DNA from: an uncultured Planctomycetota bacterium
GTDB lineage: Bacteria; Planctomycetota; PLA2; JAEUHO01
DNA length: 64,000 nt
Assembly (NCBI GenBank): GCA_963752285.1
Contig: CAVVXN010000005.1
Coordinates: 1,664,001 to 1,728,000 of the forward strand
Reading direction: 5' to 3'
Part shown: positions 28,289 to 40,314 of the stretch, one piece after another
Position numbering within the stretch: the first letter of the stretch is position 1
Layout of the letters: the number at the start of each line of letters is the position of its first letter
Made by a program: the position numbers and the translations under genes
Notes under the pieces: model-generated
What the model saw: the letters and a program-made list of their open reading frames with translations, nothing else
Told to the model about the DNA's origin: nothing
Databases searched by the model: none

Positions 28289-30022
28289 TCAGGTCTCGAG
28301 GAAGCCCTCGAGCTTGCGCGCGCGGACCGGGTGCTGGAGCTTGCGGACGGCCTTCGCCTCGATCTGGCGCACCCGCTCCCGGGTCACCTTGAAGATCTTC
28401 CCGACCTCCTCCAAGGTGTACGTGTAGCCGTCGCCGATCCCGTAGCGGAGCTTGATGATCTCGCGCTCGCGGAACGTCAGGGTCTGGAGGACCTGGTCGA
28501 TCTTGTCCTTCAGCATCTCGTGCGTGGCGGCATTGACCGGGCTCTCGGCCTGCTCGTCCTCGATGAAGTCGCCGAAGTACGAGTCCTCCGAGTCGCCGAT
28601 CGGGCGGTCGAGGCTGATCGGGTGCTTGCTGATCTTCATCACCCGCTTCGTCTCTTCGACGCTGATGCCGCTCGCGCGCGCGATCTCGTCGATGGTGGGC
28701 TCGCGGCCCATCTTCTGGACGAGGCGCTTCGTGACGTTTCGGATCTTCGACATCGTCTCGATCATGTGGACCGGGATGCGGATCGTCCGCGCCTGGTCCG
28801 CGATCGAGCGAGTGATCGCCTGGCGGATCCACCACGTGGCGTACGTGCTGAACTTGTAGCCCCGGCGGTACTCGTACTTCTCCACCGCCTTCATGAGGCC
28901 CGTGTTGCCCTCCTGGATGAGGTCCAGGAAGGTCAGGCCGCGGTTGCGGTACTTCTTCGCGATCGAGACCACGAGCCGCAGATTGCCGGAAGACAGCTTG
29001 CGCTTCGCCTCTTCGTACTCGGCGAAGCGGTGCTGGATCTCCTTCACGCGCAGCAGGAAGTCGTCGAGGGGTTCGAGACACTGGATCCCGATCTCCTCGA
29101 GACGCTCCTCGGCGTCCTGGATCTCCTCGGCGTCGCCGCCGCGCCGCCGGAGCTCCTTCGCGCGAAGGCGCAGCTCCTCGATCTCCTCCGCGATCTCGTA
29201 GCACTCTTCGTGGATCGGCCGGATCTTCTTCGTCTGGATCGCCACCTCCTCGAGGAGGTAGAGCGCCTTCAGGCGCCGGCTCTGGAGCGAGGGCACGTAC
29301 ACGCCCTTCTCGGTCCGCGGCTTCTCGATCAGGGCGCGGAGCTGCTTCGCCTCCTTCGCCCGGCGGACGTACCGCTCCATGTCCACGCGCATCTCGGTCA
29401 CGAGCTTCTCGAGCGTGCGCAGGTTGACCGGCATGCGCTTCTGGAGGTCGTCCTTGCCGACGGGATCCGCGGTACCGATCCGAAGGGTGCGGTCGAACGC
29501 GAGGTCCCCGCGCGCGACCTCCTGCAGGATCCGGATCGCGGCCGCGATGCCGATGCCGCTCTCGAGGACGCGGTGGCGGTACCGCTTCCTCGTGATCTCG
29601 ATCTTCTTGGAGAGGCTGATCTCCTCGTCGCGCGTGAGCAGCGGGATCTCGCCCATCTGCGTGAGGTACATGCGGACGGGGTCGTCGATCTTCTCGGTCG
29701 TGATCGGGAGGTCGAGGCTGCTCGCCGTCTCCTCGCGCGCGACCTCCTGCACGAGGGCCTCGTCCACCTGCACACGCGAGGTGCGCTGCTGGCGGCGGGC
29801 CGCCTCGCCCCCGTCCACGACCTCGATGCCCGCCAGGTCGAGGGACTGGAGGATGCGGTCCATCATCGCGGGGCAGGGCGCCAGCTCGGGCTCCGCGGTG
29901 TTGAGCTCCTCGTAGGTGAGGAACCCCCGCGTCCGCCCGGTCTGGATGAGCTCCTGGATCTCCCCCTCGGTCTCGTCGAGGGGACTCGGGGGGACGTAGG
30001 GATCGACGCGACGCTTGCTCAT
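28289..30022 (-). CDS. rpoD: RNA polymerase primary sigma factor
   Basis: [64 protein letters not shown] overlap with dnaG. Confidence 0.98.
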   Translation of the reverse strand: MSKRRVDPYVPPSPLDETEGEIQELIQTGRTRGFLTYEELNTAEPELAPCPAMMDRILQSLDLAGIEVVDGGEAARRQQRTSRVQVDEALVQEVAREETASSLDLPITTEKIDDPVRMYLTQMGEIPLLTRDEEISLSKKIEITRKRYRHRVLESGIGIAAAIRILQEVARGDLAFDRTLRIGTADPVGKDDLQKRMPVNLRTLEKLVTEMRVDMERYVRRAKEAKQLRALIEKPRTEKGVYVPSLQSRRLKALYLLEEVAIQTKKIRPIHEECYEIAEEIEELRLRAKELRRRGGDAEEIQDAEERLEEIGIQCLEPLDDFLLRVKEIQHRFAEYEEAKRKLSSGNLRLVVSIAKKYRNRGLTFLDLIQEGNTGLMKAVEKYEYRRGYKFSTYATWWIRQAITRSIADQARTIRIPVHMIETMSKIRNVTKRLVQKMGREPTIDEIARASGISVEETKRVMKISKHPISLDRPIGDSEDSYFGDFIEDEQAESPVNAATHEMLKDKIDQVLQTLTFREREIIKLRYGIGDGYTYTLEEVGKIFKVTRERVRQIEAKAVRKLQHPVRARKLEGFLET

Positions 30023-31911
30023 CCGACGTGCTTCCGAGACGGGGCCGGCGATGAAGAGTCTGCCGTACCCCGGGTGGGGGGCCCCGGTTCGCCCGGGTCT
30101 TCGTCCAGAACCCCAGGCGGCCTGCCTCCGCCGAGACCCCGAACGAGCTCTTCCTGACGACGCCGCTCCCGACGGCGACGTTCCAGGAACTCGAGGTGCA
30201 AGGGTATTCGTTCGGCCAGGGTCGGATCCTCGGGGAGACCGGCGAGCACCCCCTGGGCCTCGGCGTCCTCGGCGAGGCGCGCCACGAGCGTCCTCGCGGA
30301 CCAGGCCGGGGCGAGGGGGGCCGTGGCGGCGGGGCCGGCGGCCGGCGGCGAAGGGGTCTCTTCCAGGTCCAATACGGCTCGGTAGATCCTCCGGTTGACC
30401 TCGAATCGGAAGTCTTCCGGCCCCACGGCGGTCAGGATCCGATCGCGGAGGGCGGGGAAGAAGACGAGGCCCGAGAGGAGGAACGCCTCGCTCTCCCTCC
30501 GGTTTCGGTCGCGGGCCCGCGCCGCCGGGTCGGCGTCCTCTGACGCCGCGGGCCCGCCGGGGCCGGCCTCGCGCGAGGCCTCCCGGTGCCGGGTCCGGAC
30601 AACTTCGTCCCGTCCGGCGCGGCGCACCTGGCGGCCGGCCTCCTGGCGGAGTGCCGCCTCGACGCCGGTCCCGCCCAGCCGCTCGGCGGCCAGCCGGAGC
30701 CACTGGTCCCGCTCCACCGGGCTCGGCACGCGAACCAGGGTGCTCACCAGCTCCTCCGCCGCGCGCGCGCGCCCCGCCGGACCGCCGAGGTCGTGGCGCC
30801 TCGCGAGCGCCCACCACTTGAAGTCGAGGAGGTCGAGCGCGCCGCCGAGGATCTCTTCGACGGCCTGCGGCCCCTCCTCGAGCAGCACCTCGTCCACGTC
30901 GCGCCCCGTCGGGAGCCGCGCGACGCGTACCTCCAGGCGCTCCCCCACGAGCACGTCCAGGGTCCGCTCGGCAGCGAGGCACCCCGCCTCGTCGGAGTCG
31001 TAGACGAGCACGACGCGCCGGGCGAACCGCTTGAGGAGGCCCGCCTGCCGCGAGGTGAACGCCGTCCCCATGCCGGCGACCGCCCGGTCGAAGCCGTGGA
31101 GGTGGCACATGAGCACGTCGGTGTAGCCCTCCATCAGGAGGGCCTCGCCGCTGCGGCGGATCGGCTCCTTCGCACGGTCCAGGTGGAAGAGGGTGTTCGC
31201 CTTCTTGAAGACGAGGGTCTCGGGCCCGTTCAGGTACTTGGGCTGGTCCTCGGGCGAGAGGGCCCGGGCGCCGAAGGTGACGACCCGACCCTGGAGGTCC
31301 GCGATGGGGAACACGACCCGGTTCCGGAAGCGGTCGTAGGGCCGCCCGTCCTCGGCGCGGAGCACGAGCCCCGCCTCGTCGAGCGCCTCGACCGGGATCT
31401 TCCGCTCGCGCGCGGCCGCGAGGAGCCGATCCCATCCGGGCGGAGCGCAGCCGAGCCCGAAGCGGCGCCGGGCCTCCTCGTCGTAGCCGCGGTGCTCCAG
31501 GTAGGCGCGGGCCTCGGCCCCCGCCGGCGAGGCGAGCGCCCGGGCGAAGTGCTCGCGCGCGAACGAGAGGGCCGAGAGCGCGCGCTCGTACCGACGCGGC
31601 TCGACCCGCTCGCCGCCCCCGCGCTCGGGCACCTCGATCCCGCGCTCGCGCGCGAGCATCCGGACCGCCTCCGGGAACGTCATCCCCTCGTGCTCCATCA
31701 GGAAGCGGAACACGTCGCCGCCGACCCCGCACCCGAAGCACTTGAACGTCTGGCGGTCCGGGTTGACCGTGAACGACGGCGTCTTCTCGTCGTGGAAGGG
31801 ACAGAGCGCCTTTTGGGACCGGCCCGCGGGCTTCAGCGAGAGGTAGCGCCCGACCACGTCCACGATGTCGTGGGCGGCGAGCACCCGGTCGAGGACGTCC
31901 TGGGAGATCAC
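30019..31911 (-). CDS. dnaG: DNA primase
   Basis: [11 protein letters not shown]...CFGC zinc finger, [20 protein letters not shown] and YDSDEAG. Confidence 0.97.
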   Translation of the reverse strand: MISQDVLDRVLAAHDIVDVVGRYLSLKPAGRSQKALCPFHDEKTPSFTVNPDRQTFKCFGCGVGGDVFRFLMEHEGMTFPEAVRMLARERGIEVPERGGGERVEPRRYERALSALSFAREHFARALASPAGAEARAYLEHRGYDEEARRRFGLGCAPPGWDRLLAAARERKIPVEALDEAGLVLRAEDGRPYDRFRNRVVFPIADLQGRVVTFGARALSPEDQPKYLNGPETLVFKKANTLFHLDRAKEPIRRSGEALLMEGYTDVLMCHLHGFDRAVAGMGTAFTSRQAGLLKRFARRVVLVYDSDEAGCLAAERTLDVLVGERLEVRVARLPTGRDVDEVLLEEGPQAVEEILGGALDLLDFKWWALARRHDLGGPAGRARAAEELVSTLVRVPSPVERDQWLRLAAERLGGTGVEAALRQEAGRQVRRAGRDEVVRTRHREASREAGPGGPAASEDADPAARARDRNRRESEAFLLSGLVFFPALRDRILTAVGPEDFRFEVNRRIYRAVLDLEETPSPPAAGPAATAPLAPAWSARTLVARLAEDAEAQGVLAGLPEDPTLAERIPLHLEFLERRRRERRRQEELVRGLGGGRPPGVLDEDPGEPGPPTRGTADSSSPAPSRKHVG

Positions 31912-32005
31912 GAGGGAGGCGGGCGCGACGCGGCGGGCGGAGTATAGAGGCCCCGGCCCCCACCGCGGCGGTCCGTCGCGGCGCGGGCGCCGGGCGCGGA
32001 CTTCC

Positions 32006-32893
32006 CTACCCGGCCCGTGTCCGCCGCCAGAGATCGAGGAGGGTCCTCGGCGGGGCCGTCTCCACCCGCTGGCGCGGGTCGAGCCCGACCGAGGAGAGGA
32101 GCGCCTCCGCCCCGGTGCGGTCGAGGCCCTCGGAGGCCAGCTCGAGCGCGGCCCGGAGCATCTTCCTGCGGTGCGCGAAGAGCCGGGTCACGAGCTCGCC
32201 GAAGGGCCGCTGCTCGTCGGGGCGAAGGGGCGCGTCCTCGAGCGGCGCGAGGCGGAGGACCGCCGAGCGCACGCGCGGCGGCGGCCAGAAGACGTCGGGA
32301 CCGAAACGGCGGACCACCTTCCCCCCGGCGACCAGGCCCACGACGACCGACGGCGCGCCGTATTCCGGCTCGCCGGCCCGCGCGAGGAGCTTGGCGGCGA
32401 CCTCGGCCTGGAGCATCACGACGAGCTCGTCGGGCGGCGCGGGGACGGCCAGCATCCCGAGGAGGATCGGCGTCCCCGCGCCGTAGGGCAGGTTGCTCAC
32501 GACGAGGAGACGCCCCGGCGGGGCCGGCCGGTCCCGGAGCGCCGTGACGAGCCGCGGCGAGAGATCGCGCTTCGAGGCGAGCGCGTCCCCCTCGACGAAC
32601 GTGACCCGCGCGGGCCACGTCGCGAGCGAGCGGGTGAGCGCGAGGATCTCCGCGTCGATCTCGAAGCTCGTGACCCGCGCGCCCGTCTCGGCGAGCGCGT
32701 GGGTCAGGAGACCCGGCCCCGTCCCGACCTCGACCACGTGGTCCGAGGGGACTACGCCCGCGTCGCGGACGATCGCGTCCACCGCCTGGGGGTCGGTCAG
32801 GAAGTGCTGACCGTGGCGGCGCCGCGGCACGAGCCCCGCGGACTCCAGGGCCGCGCGGAGCGCCGTTCGCGTCCGCGGGTACCCGCCGCTCAC
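32006..32893 (-). CDS. rsmA: 16S rRNA adenine dimethyltransferase KsgA/RsmA
   Basis: GQHFL, VEVGTGPGLLT, SNLPY, FWPPPRVRSAV, RRKMLR; GTGA overlap with the upstream gene. Confidence 0.95.
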   Translation of the reverse strand: MSGGYPRTRTALRAALESAGLVPRRRHGQHFLTDPQAVDAIVRDAGVVPSDHVVEVGTGPGLLTHALAETGARVTSFEIDAEILALTRSLATWPARVTFVEGDALASKRDLSPRLVTALRDRPAPPGRLLVVSNLPYGAGTPILLGMLAVPAPPDELVVMLQAEVAAKLLARAGEPEYGAPSVVVGLVAGGKVVRRFGPDVFWPPPRVRSAVLRLAPLEDAPLRPDEQRPFGELVTRLFAHRRKMLRAALELASEGLDRTGAEALLSSVGLDPRQRVETAPPRTLLDLWRRTRAG

Positions 32894-33984
32894 CGCCCGG
32901 CCCGCCAGCGCCGGAGCGCCGCCCGCCACGCGTCGGGGTCGCGGCCGTGCCGCTCTCCGGTGCGCTCCACCAGGCGCGCGACGGCCTCCGTCCAGACCGC
33001 GGGCTCGCGCGCGCCGAGCGCTTCGAGGACCAGCCGGTCGCCCTCGGGGTCCTCCAGCCGGAAGAGCGCGAGCGCCGCGGCCCAGCGCACCTCGCGCGCC
33101 GGGTCGAGGTGCGCGAGGAGCCGGAGCCGCGGCGCCGCGGCCGCGACCGCCGCCTGGCCGGCGCCGCCCGCGGCCGCGACCCGGACGGAAGGCGTCCCGC
33201 TCCGCAGCAGGCCGAGCAGGACGTCCGCGTGCCCCGAGCGCGCGAGCCCCGTCGTGGCCGTGACGGCCACGCGCGGGTCCTCGTCCGCGGCGAGCCTCGT
33301 CAGGACGGGCACCGGGTGCCGGTCGAGGGCCGCGACGAGCCGCGCGATCGCGGACCGCGCGAACCACGACCGCTCGCCCCCGCCCGCCTCGAACGTGCGC
33401 AGGACCGCCGGGACGTCGTCCGGCTGACCGACCCGGGCGAGCGCGAGCGTGGCGGCCGCGCGGAGCGACCAGTCCGGATCGGGCGCGCCGGGCGTCTCGA
33501 CGAGCCGGAGGAGCACCTCGCGCGCCCGCGCGCCGCCGAGACGCCCGAGCGCGGTGGCGCCCGCGGCGCGCACGGACGCGAGCGCGGAGGTCTCGACGCG
33601 GTCCACGACCACCGGGACGTGGCGCCGGTCGCCGAGGTCCCCCACGGCGAGGAGGAGCGCCGCGAGCGCGCGCGGGTCGTCCTCCGTCTCGAGCCGCAGG
33701 GAGAGGGCCCCCACCGCCCGCCGGTCCCCGCGCGCCGCGAGGGCGAGCGCGGCCGCGCGGCGGACCACGACGACCGGGTCCTCGAGAGCCGTCGCGAGGG
33801 CCACGAGGATCCGGTCGCTCCGCGAGGGCGCGTCGATCCTCGCGAGCGACGCCGCGGCCTCGGCGCGCCCGAGCGGCGCGGGCCCCGCCAGGGCCCGTAG
33901 CGCCTGGTCCACGTCGTCCGCCCGCGCGGGCCGGGCGGCGAGGACGAGGAGGGCGAGCAGGGCGAGCGAGGAGAGGGCCCGCAT
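32890..33984 (-). CDS. Exported HEAT-repeat protein
   Basis: Signal peptide (ARA-D) followed by many VRxxAAxALG repeats. Confidence 0.82.
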   Translation of the reverse strand: MRALSSLALLALLVLAARPARADDVDQALRALAGPAPLGRAEAAASLARIDAPSRSDRILVALATALEDPVVVVRRAAALALAARGDRRAVGALSLRLETEDDPRALAALLLAVGDLGDRRHVPVVVDRVETSALASVRAAGATALGRLGGARAREVLLRLVETPGAPDPDWSLRAAATLALARVGQPDDVPAVLRTFEAGGGERSWFARSAIARLVAALDRHPVPVLTRLAADEDPRVAVTATTGLARSGHADVLLGLLRSGTPSVRVAAAGGAGQAAVAAAAPRLRLLAHLDPAREVRWAAALALFRLEDPEGDRLVLEALGAREPAVWTEAVARLVERTGERHGRDPDAWRAALRRWRAGR

Positions 33985-34021
33985 GGGGAGAGCGTACTCC
34001 TCCCCGCCGCGGACCCCGTCC

Positions 34022-36319
34022 TCAGGGAACGACCTCGTACGCCTGGCCGCCGAGCACGAACACCACGCGGTCGCCCAGGGCGACGTACTTCAGCACCTTC
34101 TCGCCGTACTGCTTCTCCAGGCTCGCGAGGAGCGCGGTCCACGCGTCGGAGAACGCCTCGACCTTCCGGGTCTCGGCCCGGTGGTCGTACGCCGTGTCCA
34201 CCCAGCGGCCGTCGGCGTCGAGGAGGAAGGTCTTGTCCGCCACGGTCTCGACCCGGGCGCGGACCTCGTCCAGTCCGTCCTCCTTCGACTCGGGCTCCTT
34301 CGCCCCGTCCTTGAGCTTCTGGAGCGCCTTCGAGTCGCGCGCCTCGCGCTCGGCGGGCGCCGCCGGCCGCGGAAGCGCGTCCGTCGGCGCGGCCGAGCCG
34401 CCGGGAGCGGGCGCCCCGGCCGCCCCTCCGAGGAGCCCGAGGTGGAGCCGCTCGAGCACGTCGCCGCCCCGGTCCCGGCCGCCGGTGCCGCCCGCGAGTC
34501 CGAAGCGGGGGATCGCCTCGCCCTCCTCGAGCACGAGACCCGCGGTGTACGGCGTCACGATGCCGTAACGCGTCGCGAGGCGCACGATCTCCGCCACGAG
34601 CTCCTTGTCCTCGCCGTGGAGGCGGATCTCGTCGAGGAGGTAGCCGACCTTGCGGTGCGCCCAGAGCCGCGGCAGGTACGCGGCGCGCTCGCCGCCGGCG
34701 AACGTGCCCTCGTACTCGTGGCGGACCTCCCGGTCCCCGACGCGCCCGCGGAGCGTCACGACGCGGTCGCCGGCGTCGTGGTAGCGACCGAGGACGACGA
34801 CCTGCTCGCCGGCGAAGAGGTCGGGCAGCCGCGAGGGGTACACGTCGTACACGCCCGAGCCGAGGTCGAGCTCGACGTCCGTCAGCACGGGCTCGCTCAC
34901 CTTTCGGAAGAACCGGCTCGTCGCGAGCTCCAGGTCCTCGCCCGGCGTCACGTAGTCGCGGGCCGCGTGCGTGGCCTCGGCGATGCGGTCGAGGAGGCGC
35001 ACGTCCAGGTCGTAGCCGACGCCGAACGTGAACACGCGCACCGGCTGGTCGCCCTTCGTCTCGGCCAGGCGGGCGATGGCGTCCGGGTCGCGCGATCCGA
35101 TGGTCGGCCGGCCGTCGGTCAGGAACACCACGAGGCGGAGCCGGTCGCCCCGGCCCGCGGCCAGGGCGGCCTGGAGGGCACCCTCGATGTTCGTCCCGCC
35201 CGCGGGCTCGAGCTCGTCGATCCAGCGGATCGCCGCCGCCCGGACCTCGGGCGTGGCGTCCACGACGCCGTCGCGGAACGGTCGGACCTGGGTGGCGAAC
35301 GCGATGACGTTCAGGCGGTCCCCGGGGCGGAGCGTGCGGATCCCGTACGCGAGCGCGCGGCGCGCCTGGTCGAGCTTACCGTCCTGAGCCATCGACCCCG
35401 AGGTGTCGAGCACGTACACGACGTCCTTCGGCGCGCGCTCCGCGTCCGTGACGCTCGTCTTGGGCGCGAACACGGCGAGGAACGTGCCGTCCTCGCCGGC
35501 CCCGCGGTTCGAGACGAGCGAGAAGCCGACGTCCTCGGGACTTCGACCGACGTAGAGGAGGAAGTCCTGCTCCTGGCGCCGCCCCGACCGCTCGTAGGAG
35601 ACCTCGGCCTTCCGGTTCCCGTCGCGCACCACGGCGACGTCGTGCGAGGGGGAGTAGATGGCCTTCAAGTCCACGTCGCTCCGTATCTTCACGTCGACGA
35701 GCACGTTGGCGACGGGCTCGGCGTGGAAGCGGTCCGTCGCGAGGGGATAGCGGAACTCGAGCGTGCCCGCGTCCTCCGGCAGGATCTGCTGGAACGAGAG
35801 ACGGATCGTCAGGTCCTGGCGCGGCTCGATCGGGAAGACCCGCGCGCGGAAGAGCCCGCGCCCGACGTACTCGAGGAGACCCGGGTCCCGCCGGCGGTTG
35901 ACGATCTCCTGGTAGATGCGCCGCGCCTCGTCGGCCTCGACGACCTCGCCGGCGACCATCTTCCCGCCCATCGTCATCTGGAACTTCTGGACGGCCGCGC
36001 CCTCGGGCAGCGGGAAGAGGTAGCTCCCCTCGAGTACGCGGTCCGCGTGGCTCCTGAACGTCTGCTCCACCGTCACGTCCGCGACGCGGCCGTCGATGGT
36101 GGCGTGGACGCGGTGGCCTTCGAGCGACACGAGGGGCGTCGCCACCGGCTCGCGGCGCGGCTCGGGCGGGCGCAGGGGCCGCCGGGGCTCGGGCGGGGTC
36201 GGCCCGGGACCGGCATCCGTGACGACGAGCATGCCGCCGGCGCGGGCGGGAGGCGCCGCGACGAGGGCGAGCGACGCGAAAAGGACGAGGACGAGCGAGA
36301 CCTTCGGCGCGGACGGCAT
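34022..36319 (-). CDS. Exported VIT + von Willebrand factor A domain protein (inter-alpha-trypsin-inhibitor-like)
   Basis: VIT ([17 protein letters not shown]), MIDAS DTSGSM, GGTNI, LTDG, C-terminal VTPYTA. Confidence 0.92.
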   Translation of the reverse strand: MPSAPKVSLVLVLFASLALVAAPPARAGGMLVVTDAGPGPTPPEPRRPLRPPEPRREPVATPLVSLEGHRVHATIDGRVADVTVEQTFRSHADRVLEGSYLFPLPEGAAVQKFQMTMGGKMVAGEVVEADEARRIYQEIVNRRRDPGLLEYVGRGLFRARVFPIEPRQDLTIRLSFQQILPEDAGTLEFRYPLATDRFHAEPVANVLVDVKIRSDVDLKAIYSPSHDVAVVRDGNRKAEVSYERSGRRQEQDFLLYVGRSPEDVGFSLVSNRGAGEDGTFLAVFAPKTSVTDAERAPKDVVYVLDTSGSMAQDGKLDQARRALAYGIRTLRPGDRLNVIAFATQVRPFRDGVVDATPEVRAAAIRWIDELEPAGGTNIEGALQAALAAGRGDRLRLVVFLTDGRPTIGSRDPDAIARLAETKGDQPVRVFTFGVGYDLDVRLLDRIAEATHAARDYVTPGEDLELATSRFFRKVSEPVLTDVELDLGSGVYDVYPSRLPDLFAGEQVVVLGRYHDAGDRVVTLRGRVGDREVRHEYEGTFAGGERAAYLPRLWAHRKVGYLLDEIRLHGEDKELVAEIVRLATRYGIVTPYTAGLVLEEGEAIPRFGLAGGTGGRDRGGDVLERLHLGLLGGAAGAPAPGGSAAPTDALPRPAAPAEREARDSKALQKLKDGAKEPESKEDGLDEVRARVETVADKTFLLDADGRWVDTAYDHRAETRKVEAFSDAWTALLASLEKQYGEKVLKYVALGDRVVFVLGGQAYEVVP

Positions 36320-36540
36320 GTCGGACCTCCCGGGACCCGTCATTGGACGCTCCGGACGCGGGGCGGTTCCGCGGCCGTCCTACGTCCCCGCCGCGCCCGC
36401 GGCGCCCGCGGCCCCGCGCCGGCCGGGCCTCGCGTCCCGCGGTGCGGGCCGGCGAGCGCTCGGGGTCGGGCTTGGCCGGCAGAGGGAGCGGGATACGCTG
36501 CCGGACCCGCCCCGAACCTGGCGCGGCCTGGAGATCCGGC

Positions 36541-38280
36541 ATGTCCCGTTCCGACGTCACGTACCCCGAGCCTCGGACCCCGGTGCCCTCGGACCTGGAG
36601 ATCGCCCAGGAGGCGACCGTCCTCCCGATCCTCGACATCGCCAGGAAGGTGGGCCTCACCGCGGACGACCTGGAGCTCTACGGGCGCACGAAGGCGAAGG
36701 TGCACCTCGACGTCGCGGACCGCCTCGCCGACCGGCCCCTCGGCCGGTACGTGGACGTGACCGCGATCACCCCGACCCCCCTCGGGGAGGGGAAGACCAC
36801 GGTGACGGTGGGCCTCTCGCAGGGACTCGGCCGCATCGGCAAGAAGGTCGTGACGTGCATCCGTCAGCCCAGCATGGGCCCCACGTTCGGCATCAAGGGA
36901 GGCGCGGCCGGGGGCGGGTACAGCCAGGTGATCCCGATGGAGGACTTCAACCTCCACCTGACCGGCGACATCCACGCCGTGTCGCTCGCGCACAACCTCC
37001 TCTCGGCGGCGATCGACAACCACATCCACCACGGGAACGCGCTGGGGATCGACCCGTTCTCGATCACGTGGCCCCGCGTCGTGGACCTGAACGACCGCGC
37101 GCTCCGCTCCGTGGTCCTCGGGCTCGGCGGGAAGGCCAACGGACGGCCCCGCGAGAGCGGCTTCGACATCGCGGTCGCCTCCGAGGTGATGGCGATCCTG
37201 GCCCTCTCGACGGACCTCGCGGACCTGAGGGGCCGCCTCGCGCGAATCGTGATCGGCACGACGGGCGACGGCCGACCCGTCACCGCCGAGGACCTGGAGG
37301 TCGCGGGCGCCATGACGGTCCTCCTGAAGGACGCGCTCATGCCGAACCTGCTCCAGACGCTGGAGCACACGCCCGCGTTCGTCCACGCGGGACCGTTCGC
37401 GAACATCGCCCACGGCAACTCGAGCGTGCTGGCCGACCGGATCGCGCTCCGCGTCGGCGAGTTCGTCGTGACGGAGTCGGGCTTCGGGTCCGACATCGGC
37501 ATGGAGAAGTTCATGGACATCAAGTGCCGCGTGAGCGGGCTCGTGCCCGACTGCGTGGTGCTGGTGGCCACGGTGCGCGCGCTCAAGATGCACGGGGGTC
37601 TCGGCAAGGTGGTCGCCGGGAAGCCGCTGCCGCCCGAGCTCCAGTCGGAGAACCTCGAGGCGCTCCAGAAGGGCTCCGTGAACCTCGTGGCCCACATCGA
37701 GAACGCCCGGCTCTTCGGCGTCCCGGTGGTGGTCGCCCTGAACCGGTTCGGGACCGACACGGACGCGGAGCTCGCGCTGCTCGCGAAGATCGCGCGTGAC
37801 GCCGGCGCGGACGACGCCGTCGCGTGCGACGTCTGGGCCCAGGGGGGCGGCGGCGCCGTGGACCTCGCCGAGGCCGTGGACCGGGCGTCGGCGAAGGAGA
37901 AGTCGTTCCGCTTCCTGTACCCGCTCGACGTGAGCATCGAGGAGAAGATCGAGACCATCGCGCGCCGCGTGTACGGCGCGGACGGCATCGACCTCCTGCC
38001 CGAGGCGAAGAAGAAAATCAAGCGCTACACGGACCTCGGCTACGCGAACCTGCCGATCTGCATGGCGAAGACGCACCTGAGCCTCAGCCACGACCCGAAG
38101 CTCAAGGGCCGTCCGAAGGGCTTCGTGCTCCCCATCCGCGACGTGCGCGCGAGCGTCGGCGCGGGATTCCTGTACCCGCTCTGCGGCGACATGATGACGA
38201 TGCCGGGGCTCCCGTCGAAGCCGGCGTTCTCCGGCGTGGACGTGGACCTCGCGACGGGCCGCATCGTCGGTCTCTTCTGA
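36541..38280 (+). CDS. fhs: Formate-tetrahydrofolate ligase
   Basis: [53 protein letters not shown]. Confidence 0.98.
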   Translation: MSRSDVTYPEPRTPVPSDLEIAQEATVLPILDIARKVGLTADDLELYGRTKAKVHLDVADRLADRPLGRYVDVTAITPTPLGEGKTTVTVGLSQGLGRIGKKVVTCIRQPSMGPTFGIKGGAAGGGYSQVIPMEDFNLHLTGDIHAVSLAHNLLSAAIDNHIHHGNALGIDPFSITWPRVVDLNDRALRSVVLGLGGKANGRPRESGFDIAVASEVMAILALSTDLADLRGRLARIVIGTTGDGRPVTAEDLEVAGAMTVLLKDALMPNLLQTLEHTPAFVHAGPFANIAHGNSSVLADRIALRVGEFVVTESGFGSDIGMEKFMDIKCRVSGLVPDCVVLVATVRALKMHGGLGKVVAGKPLPPELQSENLEALQKGSVNLVAHIENARLFGVPVVVALNRFGTDTDAELALLAKIARDAGADDAVACDVWAQGGGGAVDLAEAVDRASAKEKSFRFLYPLDVSIEEKIETIARRVYGADGIDLLPEAKKKIKRYTDLGYANLPICMAKTHLSLSHDPKLKGRPKGFVLPIRDVRASVGAGFLYPLCGDMMTMPGLPSKPAFSGVDVDLATGRIVGLF

Positions 38281-38422
38281 TCGCGGGCCGGCGCGGCCCG
38301 TCACCGCGACCGTGTCCGACCGCTCCGACCGAACGAGGAGCCACGGCGCCCGGCACGTAGCATCGGGCGATCCGACGGATCCGCCCGCGCCCGGTCGGCG
38401 CGAGCGCACGAGGGAGGTCCAC

Positions 38423-39292
38423 ATGAGCGCGCGCATCATCGACGGCACGGCGATCGGGGCCGCGGTCCGCGCCGAGGTCAAGACGGCCGCCGAGAAGCTC
38501 CGTGCGCGCGGCGTCGTTCCGGGGCTCGCGACGGTCCTCGTCGGCGACAACCCCGCCTCGCACAAGTACGTCTCGATGAAGCGAAAGGCCTGCGCGGAGG
38601 CGGGGATCGAGAGCTTCCACAACGAGCTCCCGGCGGACGCCACCGAGGCCTCGGTCCTCGCGCTCGTGCGGCGCCTGGGCGCGGACTCGCGCGTCCACGG
38701 GATCCTGGTGCAGCTCCCCCTCCCGAAGCAGGTGGACGAGGAGACGATCCTCGACGCGGTGCCCCTCGCGAAGGACGTGGACGGCTTCCACCCCCTCAAC
38801 ATCGGGGCCCTCGCGATGAAGGGCCGCGAGCCCGCGTTCGTCCCGTGCACGCCGCACGGCGTGCTGGAGCTGCTCGACCGGAGCGGCACGGAGCTCGAGG
38901 GCGCGAACGCCGTCGTGCTCGGCCGGTCGAACATCGTCGGGATGCCCGTCGCGCTGCTCCTCGTGAAGCGGAACGCCACCGTCACCGTCTGCCACTCGCG
39001 GACGAAGGACCTCGCGGCGGTCGTCCGGAGCGCCGACGTGTTGATCGCCGCGATCGGACGGGCGCACTTCGTGAAGGCCGACTGGGTGAAGCCCGGCGCC
39101 ACCGTGATCGACGTCGGGACGAACGTCGTCCCCGACGCGACCCGAAAGAGCGGCTCGCGACTGGTCGGCGACGTGGACTTCGAGGCCGTGAAGGAGGTCG
39201 CGGGCGCCATCACGCCGGTCCCGGGTGGCGTCGGCCCGATGACGATCGCGATGCTGCTCAAGAACACGATCCGCGCCGCCGAGCGCGCCTGA
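38423..39292 (+). CDS. folD: Methylene-THF dehydrogenase / methenyl-THF cyclohydrolase
   Basis: YxxxK (YVSMK), GILVQLPLP, KDVDGFHP, PCTP, GRSNIVG, TPVPGGVGPMT; GGAGG SD. Confidence 0.98.
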   Translation: MSARIIDGTAIGAAVRAEVKTAAEKLRARGVVPGLATVLVGDNPASHKYVSMKRKACAEAGIESFHNELPADATEASVLALVRRLGADSRVHGILVQLPLPKQVDEETILDAVPLAKDVDGFHPLNIGALAMKGREPAFVPCTPHGVLELLDRSGTELEGANAVVLGRSNIVGMPVALLLVKRNATVTVCHSRTKDLAAVVRSADVLIAAIGRAHFVKADWVKPGATVIDVGTNVVPDATRKSGSRLVGDVDFEAVKEVAGAITPVPGGVGPMTIAMLLKNTIRAAERA

Positions 39293-39333
39293 CCCGGCGC
39301 GGACGCGCGTCCCGGTCGCCGCTCTCCACGCGC

Positions 39334-40305
39334 TCAGGTGGACGGCGCGGCCGGGCGGCGCTCGGCCGCCCACTGGACGACGTCCCGATACGCGTACGGG
39401 ATCCGGTGGCGATCGTGGATCGCCTTCAGGCGGGCGAGGTAGCGCTCGTACACGTCGTCCGGGGGGCGGACCGGGTACGGCCCGCAGTGGTACGTCCGGC
39501 AGCCGAGCATGCGGGCGTCGCGCGCGTGGCACAGGCGGTCCTTTCCGAACGCCGGGCAGAGACGCGGGTCCTCGTTCGCACGCGCCTCGGGAGCCCGCCG
39601 GAAGAAGCGCTCGGCCTCGAGGGTGGTCACGTAGAGCCGGTGGCCGTACGCGTCGAAGTCGCAACACCGTCCACTCGCCGCGCACGTGAACCCGTAGCGC
39701 GGGAGCTCCGCCTCGAGCTCGCGGTAGAGTCGGTCGAGGTCCTCGAGGGCCGCGTCCCAGTCGGGGCCCGACGTCTCGTCGGCCGCGGTCGCCTGGCGGC
39801 GAAGCAGCGGCTCGGGGTCGCCCGCGGCGAGACGGAGGATTTCGTCCGGCCCGTAGAGATCGCCCCGGTCCACACCCTCGCACCGCTCTCTCGTCTCCTG
39901 CCACGCCTCCGGCCCCCCCAGCGACTCGGGCCAGAAGGGGAACGTCGAGCACCGCACCGGCTTCGCCTCGTACACCGTGCACCGCCGGTCCGCGCCGAGC
40001 ATCACGCAGTCGCCGTTCTCGCCCTCCACCAGGGAGAGACGGCGCCCGACGCGACGGACGTAACGGCGCTCGAAGCGACGTCGCGAGAGCCCCTTCGCCT
40101 CCGCCATCCGCTCGATCTCCGCGGGCTCGACCCACACGTAGCCGGGCGCGCCGGTGCAGCAGGCGCCGCACGCCGTGCAGCGGAAGCGGAGCCCGTTCGC
40201 GAACCACGGCGTGGGCCGCGCGGGGTCCCCGCCGGACCGGGCCCCGGCCGGGGCCGCCGCCGGACCCTCCGTGGATGCCTCGTCCCGGGGCGCGTCGTCG
40301 GCCAT
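39334..40305 (-). CDS. Tandem YkgJ-type (CxxCxxCC) cysteine-cluster protein
   Basis: CTACGACC...C...CTVYEAKPVRCSTFPFW, then a second domain CAASGRCC...CP...C...RMLGCRTYHC. Confidence 0.85.
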   Translation of the reverse strand: MADDAPRDEASTEGPAAAPAGARSGGDPARPTPWFANGLRFRCTACGACCTGAPGYVWVEPAEIERMAEAKGLSRRRFERRYVRRVGRRLSLVEGENGDCVMLGADRRCTVYEAKPVRCSTFPFWPESLGGPEAWQETRERCEGVDRGDLYGPDEILRLAAGDPEPLLRRQATAADETSGPDWDAALEDLDRLYRELEAELPRYGFTCAASGRCCDFDAYGHRLYVTTLEAERFFRRAPEARANEDPRLCPAFGKDRLCHARDARMLGCRTYHCGPYPVRPPDDVYERYLARLKAIHDRHRIPYAYRDVVQWAAERRPAAPST

Positions 40306-40314
40306 CTCGGTGGC

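Noticed and set aside
36344..38422. ZTP or THF riboswitch upstream of fhs or folD
   Set aside because: The expected conserved elements could not be recognised by eye in either intergenic region; an Rfam scan would be needed.
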